Assembly: GCA_029936515.1 (NCBI GenBank)
Contig: JAPYSK010000001.1
Span: 14,079-78,078, forward strand
DNA from: Candidatus Thioglobus sp.
Lineage (GTDB): Bacteria; Pseudomonadota; Gammaproteobacteria; PS1; Pseudothioglobaceae
Length of the DNA stretch: 64,000 bases
Reading direction: 5' to 3'
The position numbers and the translations under genes were made by a program. How positions within the stretch are numbered: the stretch's first letter is position 1; every line of letters begins with the position of its first letter. The notes below the pieces were generated by a model. The model saw only the letters and a list, made by a program, of their open reading frames with translations. It was not told the DNA's origin and searched no databases. Of this stretch, positions 57,753 to 64,000 are shown in pieces.

Positions 57753-59098
57753 TAGGTTTAATAATGTTTTTTACTGGTCTAGGAATGCTATTTATTGGCT
57801 TTCCTGTTGCGTTTACTTTTGGAGCAGTATCGGTATTCTTTGGTATGGCTGCTGGCATCATTGAAGCTTTTAGTGATGGCGAGCTATTGGTTGACGGTAT
57901 AGATAATGGTTTGATGATGTTTGCGATGATGCCTCATCGTATTTGGAGCATTATGAATAACACCATTTTAATGGCAATTCCTTTGTTTATATTAATGGGC
58001 TTGATCCTGCAAAAAACTAAATTAGCAGAACGCCTACTTGAATCTATGGGTTATCTATTTGGTGAAATTAGAGGCGGCTTAGCAATCAGTACCGTTTTAG
58101 TCGGCTCTTTATTAGCAGCATCTACAGGGGTAGTTGGTGCCAGTGTTGTAGCTATGGGCGTTATTTCTTTGCCCGTTATGTTGAAGTATAACTATTCAAA
58201 AGGATTAGCTACTGGAACCATATGTGCAGCAGGAACCTTGGGTCAAATCATACCACCTTCTATTGTTCTTATTATATTGGGAGACGTCTTTAATGTGCCT
58301 GTTGGAGACCTCTTTAAAGCTGCACTTTTTCCTGGTCTAGTTCTGGTTGCAGCCTATACAGTCTATATTTTGATAGCAGCCTATTTGAATCCCCAGATCG
58401 GACCAGCAGTTAGAATTGAAAGGCAAGAAGGCGAAAGTAAAAAAAGCCAAGTCATTTCAGCATTATTTTCAATTATTCCGCCTTTGTCATTAATTGTTGT
58501 TGTTCTAGGTTCTATTTTTGCAGGCATTGCAACCCCTACAGAATCATCCGCTATTGGCTGTGTTGGTGCCGTAATACTAGCACTCTTATATAGAAAATTT
58601 TCCTTTTCAATGTTGATGGAATCTTCCATGGAAACGGTGAAAATAACGGCAATGGTTTTTGGCATTTTGATTGGTGCAACTGCATTTTCTATGGTCTTCA
58701 CCTATACCGGGGGTGACTTATTAATTGAGAACTTTATGCTCAGCTTGCCGGGTGATAAATGGGGCTTTATTATAATTGCAATGCTCGTTATTATGATCTT
58801 AGGATTTTTTATAGACTTTGTTGAAATTTCTTATATTATTGTTCCAATTTTGGTACCAATTTCAGATGCTATAGGCATTAACCCTATCTGGTTTGCCATT
58901 CTAATCGCTATGAATCTGCAAACTTCATTTTTAACGCCACCGTTTGGGTTCAGCTTGTTTTATTTGAAAGGGGTTGCTCCTAGCAACATAAAAACGACAG
59001 ATATTTATAAAGGCGTTATACCTTTTATATTAATACAGGTACTTGTATTAGCTTCTATTGTCTTTTATCCAGAATGGTATGGCACTTTTCAATATTAA
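57749..59098 (+). CDS. dctM: TRAP large permease DctM
   Basis: LMAIPLFILMG, AASTGVVGASV, GTLGQIIPPS, QTSFLTPPFG. Confidence 0.93.
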   Translation: MIGLIMFFTGLGMLFIGFPVAFTFGAVSVFFGMAAGIIEAFSDGELLVDGIDNGLMMFAMMPHRIWSIMNNTILMAIPLFILMGLILQKTKLAERLLESMGYLFGEIRGGLAISTVLVGSLLAASTGVVGASVVAMGVISLPVMLKYNYSKGLATGTICAAGTLGQIIPPSIVLIILGDVFNVPVGDLFKAALFPGLVLVAAYTVYILIAAYLNPQIGPAVRIERQEGESKKSQVISALFSIIPPLSLIVVVLGSIFAGIATPTESSAIGCVGAVILALLYRKFSFSMLMESSMETVKITAMVFGILIGATAFSMVFTYTGGDLLIENFMLSLPGDKWGFIIIAMLVIMILGFFIDFVEISYIIVPILVPISDAIGINPIWFAILIAMNLQTSFLTPPFGFSLFYLKGVAPSNIKTTDIYKGVIPFILIQVLVLASIVFYPEWYGTFQY

Positions 59099-59164
59099 AT
59101 ATATATCGCAAACGGATTAGTACTAAAAGAAGACCTTATTGATTAAAAACTTGGAGAATTCACT

Positions 59165-60547
59165 ATGGACGTTAAAACCAAAACAACTTGGCAACAAGAT
59201 AAAGATCATTTTATTCATCCATGGACCGACTTTTCAACCTTTAAAGATGAAGGTTCGCTGGTTCTGACTGACGGTTCTGGAATAACCCTGACTGATAGCG
59301 AAGGACGACAGTTTATGGATGGCATAGGAGGTCTTTGGTGTGTAAATATCGGCTATGGTCGAGAAGAGATGGCAGATGCTATTGCCGAGCAAGCGCGGCG
59401 TATTCCTTATTTTTCTACCTTTGGACATCACACCACACCTCCAGCTGCAGCTTTAGCTGCAAAACTTGCAGAATTAGCACCAGGAAATTTAAATCATGTG
59501 TTTTATGGTTGTGGGGGTTCTGTAGCTAACGATACGGCTGTTCGCATTATTCACTTTTATTTTAATCAATTGGGGCAAAAAACTAAGAAGAAAATTATCA
59601 GTCGAATTGATGGTTACCACGGTAGCACCTATATGGCAATGTCAATTACTGGTGTTGAGTTTGATCATGTTGGTTTTGATGTTGACAATCAAATGGTTCA
59701 TCACATAAGTTGTCCGAACCCCTATCGACGTCCTGATGATATGAGTTTAGAGAATTTTTGTGACTCTAAAGTGCAAGAGTTGGAGGACAAAATATTAGAG
59801 CTTGGTGCCGATAATATTGCCGCTTTTTTTGCTGAACCAATACTGGGTGCCGGCGGTGTTATTGTACCGCCACCTGGCTATCACCGCAAAACCCAAGAGG
59901 TTTGTAATAAATATAATGTTCTTTATGTTTCTGATGAAGTGGTTACAGGCTTTGGTCGATTGGGCCATATGTTTGCCTCTAAAGACGAGTTTGATTTACA
60001 ACCAGATATCATTACTTGCGCTAAAGGCTTAACCTCCGGGTATCTACCACTAAGCGCAACAATACTATCAGACGATATTTATGATGTTATTAGTATCCCC
60101 CAGGCCAAAGGTGCTTTATTTACTCACGGCTTCACTTATTCTGGTCATCCTGTTTGCTGTGCGGCGGGGTTAAAGAATATTGAAATTATTGAAAGAGAGA
60201 ATCTGTGTGAACATGTAAACGATGTGGGTGATTACTTTGAGAGGCAACTAAAAACTCTAGAAGACCTCGATATTGTCGGCGAGGTACGTGGTAGAAAATT
60301 TATGATGTGCATTGAAAATGTTGCTGATAAACAAACAAAAGAGCTTCTTCATGAAGATGGTGAAGTTGGCACACGTATCGCCAACCACTGTCAAAATCGT
60401 GGTCTCATAGTTAGGCCTTTAGCGCATATGAATGTATTATCTCCTCCACTCGTGATGACACGAAAAGAGGTTGATAAAATGGTAAACATTTTGCGAGAAA
60501 GTATCATTGAAACAATTAGCGATTTATCGAATGACGGCTATTTATAA
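59165..60547 (+). CDS. Class III (omega-amine:pyruvate) aminotransferase, HinC-like
   Basis: GGLWCVNIGYG, GYHGST, FAEPILGAGG, DEVVTGFGR, TCAKGLTSGY, HGFTYSGHP. Confidence 0.9.
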   Translation: MDVKTKTTWQQDKDHFIHPWTDFSTFKDEGSLVLTDGSGITLTDSEGRQFMDGIGGLWCVNIGYGREEMADAIAEQARRIPYFSTFGHHTTPPAAALAAKLAELAPGNLNHVFYGCGGSVANDTAVRIIHFYFNQLGQKTKKKIISRIDGYHGSTYMAMSITGVEFDHVGFDVDNQMVHHISCPNPYRRPDDMSLENFCDSKVQELEDKILELGADNIAAFFAEPILGAGGVIVPPPGYHRKTQEVCNKYNVLYVSDEVVTGFGRLGHMFASKDEFDLQPDIITCAKGLTSGYLPLSATILSDDIYDVISIPQAKGALFTHGFTYSGHPVCCAAGLKNIEIIERENLCEHVNDVGDYFERQLKTLEDLDIVGEVRGRKFMMCIENVADKQTKELLHEDGEVGTRIANHCQNRGLIVRPLAHMNVLSPPLVMTRKEVDKMVNILRESIIETISDLSNDGYL

Positions 60548-60606
60548 GTGATTATTTAGAGTTTCTAAGTGCTAAAAATTTGTTGAAAGATAAAAAAGAA
60601 CATGAA

Positions 60607-61875
60607 ATGTTGACTAAAAAAATAGACACACTCGTAGTCGGTGCAGGGCAAGCAGGAATAGCCATGAGTGAACACCTAAGCAACTCAAACATACCTCACC
60701 TCGTTCTTGAGAGAAGCAGAATTGCAGAGCGCTGGCGTTCAGAGAGATGGGACACTCTGGTTGCTAATGGCCCTGCCTGGCATGATCGATTTCCGAATAT
60801 GGAGTTCCCTGATTTTGACCCCAATGGATTCCCTAATAAGGAGCAAGTTGCTGACTATTTTGTTGCGTACGCTGACATGATTAAAGCTCCAATTATTTGT
60901 GGTGTCGAGGTTTTGGAAGTTAAAAGGAATGATGGACGCCCAGGATTTCGTGTTGAAACCTCAGACGGTGTAATCGAAGCCAACAATGTGGTTGCCGCTA
61001 CAGGACCTTTTCAGTGCCCTTTGATTCCAGACCTTGTACCAGAAAATGAAGCAATAACACAAATCCATTCAAAAGACTACCACAATCCTGAGCAGTTGCC
61101 TGAAGGCGCAGTTCTGGTTGTAGGGGCAGGATCATCAGGGGCACAGATCGCTGATGAGCTTTTACTTGCAGGAAAATCTATTTATCTCTCTGTAGGCCCA
61201 CACGACCTTCCTCCGCGAAGCTATCGTGGACGTGATTTCGTCTGGTGGCTTGGTGTTCTCGGTAAATGGGAGGCGACCACTAGGGATCCAGAGATGGAAC
61301 ATGTCACCATAGCGGTGAGTGGTGCTCATGGAGGACATACGGTTGATTTTCGTCGTCTCGCTGGGCAAGGAATTACCCTACTAGGAAGAACACAGTCGTT
61401 TAAAAATAATGTGATGGGTTTTGCCTCTGATCTTACAAAAAATATTGCCAGCGGAAATGCATATACCCTATCACTACTTGACCAAGCTGACGCTTATGTG
61501 ATTCGTAATGGTCTCGACTTTCCAGAAGAGCCTGAAGCCCGCAAAGTGCTGCCAGACCCAAAATGTGTGACTAATCCTATTCTTGAGCTGAATCTTAAAG
61601 AAGCTGGAATAAACTCAATTGTCTGGGCAACAGGTTTTGATGTTGATTACAGCTGGTTAAAGGTTGACGCGTTAGATGAAAAAGGCAAGCCGAAACATGA
61701 GCGCGGTATTTCAGGCGAGTCGGGGGTTTATTTTCTTGGTCTTCCGTGGCAGTCACGTCGAGGTTCATCGTTCATCTGGGGCGTCTGGGAGGACGCTAAG
61801 TTTCTCACTGACCAGATAGCCTTGCGACGCAATTATCTCGACTTTGACGCTTCAGAAAGTGCCTCAAAGCTATAA
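60607..61875 (+). CDS. Flavin-dependent monooxygenase/oxidoreductase, HinF-like
   Basis: GAGQAG (FAD), VVAATG, QIHSKDY, GAGSSG (NADPH), VWATGF; ATG 60607 preferred. Confidence 0.87.
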   Translation: MLTKKIDTLVVGAGQAGIAMSEHLSNSNIPHLVLERSRIAERWRSERWDTLVANGPAWHDRFPNMEFPDFDPNGFPNKEQVADYFVAYADMIKAPIICGVEVLEVKRNDGRPGFRVETSDGVIEANNVVAATGPFQCPLIPDLVPENEAITQIHSKDYHNPEQLPEGAVLVVGAGSSGAQIADELLLAGKSIYLSVGPHDLPPRSYRGRDFVWWLGVLGKWEATTRDPEMEHVTIAVSGAHGGHTVDFRRLAGQGITLLGRTQSFKNNVMGFASDLTKNIASGNAYTLSLLDQADAYVIRNGLDFPEEPEARKVLPDPKCVTNPILELNLKEAGINSIVWATGFDVDYSWLKVDALDEKGKPKHERGISGESGVYFLGLPWQSRRGSSFIWGVWEDAKFLTDQIALRRNYLDFDASESASKL

Positions 61876-61912
61876 AACACATAGAACTAAATAGATTTAT
61901 AATGGAGACACA

Positions 61913-62326
61913 ATGACACACCAAAGAATTAGAAAATTTAACACCGCACAAATGTACCCAGGTAAGGGCATGGACAACGACCTTTGTATGGCTGTTAGGG
62001 CTGGAAACCGAGTATTTTTAAGAGGACAAACCTGCTTTGACTTGGATGGCAATATTACCGGCGTTGGAGATGCTAGAGCGCAAACAGAAAACGCAATGAG
62101 TTGTGTCAAGGTTCTACTTGAAGAGTCAGGCTCTAAGTTGGAGCATATCTGCAAAGTGACCATCTATATCACTGAGCGTGAATATCGCGAAGAGGTATAC
62201 GAGGTTGTTGGAAGGTGGCTTAAGGGTATTCATATCTGCTCAACTGGGTTAATTGTTAAAGGATTAGCGGTACCAGAGATGTTGATGGAAATTGATGTTG
62301 AGGCAATGATTCCAGAGGCTGAATAA
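61913..62326 (+). CDS. RidA/YjgF family protein, HinL-like
   Basis: AVRAGNRVFLRGQT, AQTENAM, ICKVTIY, STGLIVKGLA, MEIDVEA. Confidence 0.88.
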   Translation: MTHQRIRKFNTAQMYPGKGMDNDLCMAVRAGNRVFLRGQTCFDLDGNITGVGDARAQTENAMSCVKVLLEESGSKLEHICKVTIYITEREYREEVYEVVGRWLKGIHICSTGLIVKGLAVPEMLMEIDVEAMIPEAE

Positions 62327-62361
62327 ACACTAAATAAAGACAACTAAAAGGAGATATTGTT

Positions 62362-63039
62362 ATGACTTTTTCTGTTGCAGGTTTTTGCGAAAGAACGGGT
62401 ATGGTTGGGGTAGCTATAACCTCCTCGAGTATATCTGTAGCGAGTCGCTGTCCCTGGGTTCGAGCAGGGGTTGGTGCTGCAAGTACTCAAAATATTACTG
62501 ACCCAAGTTTGGGCGATGCAATGCTCGATTTAATTGCTAAGGGTTCAAGCTCCGAACAAGCAATTGAAATAGTTACTAAGGACCGCAAATTCATCGATTA
62601 TCGGCAATTAACTGTTATTGACAACAAAGGGCAAAGCTCAAGCTTTTCTGGTACAAAAACGCTCGGTACGCACTCAGTAGCTCAAGGTCATGATTGTATT
62701 GCTGCAGGAAATTTATTAATCAGTACTGAAATACCTCAGGCTATAGTTGATAATTTTTCTAAACACTCACACCTTCACCTTGCTGAGCGTTTACTACTGG
62801 CCTTAAAAGCTGGTCTTGATGCAGGCGGCGAAGAAGGCCCTATTCACTCGGCTGGAATCAAGGTTGCACATGAACACTCTTGGCCATTAGTTGACTTAAG
62901 AGTGGATTGGGCTGATGAGGAGCCAATTAATAAACTCATTGATCTGTGGCGAAACTACGAAGAACAAATGATGGATTACAATACTCGCGCTATAGACCCT
63001 AGAAGTGCTCCAAGCTATGGTGTCTCTGGAGACCTCTAG
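62362..63039 (+). CDS. DUF1028 family (Ntn-hydrolase-like) protein, HinH-like
   Basis: N-terminal MTFS, GVGAASTQ, YRQLTVID, AAGNLL, AGLDAGGE, DLRVDW. Confidence 0.85.
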   Translation: MTFSVAGFCERTGMVGVAITSSSISVASRCPWVRAGVGAASTQNITDPSLGDAMLDLIAKGSSSEQAIEIVTKDRKFIDYRQLTVIDNKGQSSSFSGTKTLGTHSVAQGHDCIAAGNLLISTEIPQAIVDNFSKHSHLHLAERLLLALKAGLDAGGEEGPIHSAGIKVAHEHSWPLVDLRVDWADEEPINKLIDLWRNYEEQMMDYNTRAIDPRSAPSYGVSGDL

Positions 63040-63040
63040 T

Positions 63041-64000
63041 ATGCCATTCAGTGCAGCATCAGAGAAAGACAGTAAAGCGATTGGACTCTTAAAAACATTA
63101 GTAGGGTTTGACACCACCAGCTATAACTCTAACCTTGGATTAATTGAATTCATTCAGTCCTATTTATCAAGTTATGACATTGATTCAACGTTGATACATG
63201 ATGAGAGCGGAAAAAAAGCCAACCTCTATGCAACCATTGGCAGAACAGATATTGGCGGAGTGATGCTCTCAGGGCACACCGATGTTGTACCTGTTGCTTC
63301 TCAAGACTGGGGCACTGATCCATTTTCATTGATAGAGTCTGATGGCAAGTTTTATGGACGTGGTAGCGCTGATATGAAGGGTTTTATTGCTTTAGTATTG
63401 AGTCGCGTTCCAGAGATGGTATCTTCAGAACTCACAAAACCAATCCATTTAGCGTTCTCTTATGATGAGGAGATAGGCTGCGTTGGTGTTCAGAGAATGC
63501 TGGATTTACTAGAGCATCAACACATCAAGCCAAGCTGCTGCATTATCGGTGAGCCAACCGGCATGGAGGTTGTTATTGGCCACAAAGGTAAGCACGCAAC
63601 TCGCGTAAAAGTTAGAGGTCATGCCTGTCACTCTGGGCAATCACCTTTAGGAGTTAATGCGATAGATTTTGCATCAGAATTAATCGTATATATTCGTAAA
63701 TTAGCTCACGAAAAAGCACAAAATGGGCCCTTTGATAAGGACTATGAGGTGCCCTATACTACCCTTCATACTGGCGTTATAGGAGGTGGAACGGCTCTCA
63801 ATATTGTGCCTAATTCGTGTCAGTTTGACTTTGAAATTCGACACCTTTACGAAGAAGATCCACAGCATTTATTAGATCAAATTGAGAACTTTGCTAGAGA
63901 CCATCTAGAAAACGAGATGCACTTAATTGATTCTGATACAGGTTTTAATTTTGAAACGCTAGCAACTTATCCAGGCTTACTAACCGATCCAGGTATAGAG
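63041..64000 (+). CDS. M20/ArgE-family amidohydrolase (acetylornithine deacetylase-like, HinG-like), truncated by window end
   Basis: Manual translation from ATG 63041: MPFSAASEKD...LSGHTDVVP...YGRGSADMKG...SYDEEIGC...IIGEPT...HKG; open to 64000. Confidence 0.9.
   Translation, partial: MPFSAASEKDSKAIGLLKTLVGFDTTSYNSNLGLIEFIQSYLSSYDIDSTLIHDESGKKANLYATIGRTDIGGVMLSGHTDVVPVASQDWGTDPFSLIESDGKFYGRGSADMKGFIALVLSRVPEMVSSELTKPIHLAFSYDEEIGCVGVQRMLDLLEHQHIKPSCCIIGEPTGMEVVIGHKGKHATRVKVRGHACHSGQSPLGVNAIDFASELIVYIRKLAHEKAQNGPFDKDYEVPYTTLHTGVIGGGTALNIVPNSCQFDFEIRHLYEEDPQHLLDQIENFARDHLENEMHLIDSDTGFNFETLATYPGLLTDPGIE

Noticed and set aside
847-63117. Short ORF-track entries overlapping real genes (e.g. 847-1029, 3111-3317, 6556-6903, 30079-30564, 46705-47115, 58381-58701, 62896-63117)
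   Set aside because: Antisense or alternate-frame shadows of well-supported genes, with no recognisable motifs
63041-64000. Housekeeping argE of arginine biosynthesis
   Set aside because: Context with FMO-RidA-DUF1028 points to a catabolic paralog; no arg genes adjacent

Overview
AT-rich, densely coded bacterial chromosome segment from a gammaproteobacterium. Gene content and compactness suggest a streamlined marine lineage such as SUP05/Thioglobaceae; this is an inference, not verified. About 70 CDS and one tRNA-Arg(CCG); no rRNA, CRISPR array, integrase or transposase was seen. Core blocks: aapJQM; nadE; iscX-tolB-pal-cpoB-pabB; spoT; bamD-MFS-ssb; lgt-thyA-rnc-era-recO-pdxJ-acpS; ctpA; serC-pheA-hisC-tyrA-aroA-lepB; glyA-nrdR-radA; dadA-alr; creBC-like; etfBA-ETF:QO; pta. 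Accessory organic-nitrogen/sulfur scavenging genes lie next to the tRNA (19.2-26.6 kb) and at 51.9-64 kb. Main observations: (1) a glutamine-dependent NAD+ synthetase fused to an N-terminal phage-repressor-like HTH, preceded by an 81-bp array of exact direct and inverted 16-bp repeats that looks like its operator; (2) a second regulator-enzyme fusion, GntR wHTH plus class II aldolase, also with an upstream palindrome; (3) a Pal lipoprotein roughly doubled in length by modular acidic repeats; (4) an aminotransferase-FMO-RidA-DUF1028-ArgE-like operon matching the Pseudomonas histamine/imidazole-acetate (hin) gene set; (5) a close PHYHD1-like dioxygenase in the dadA-alr operon. All calls come from motif recognition and recall; no searches were run.
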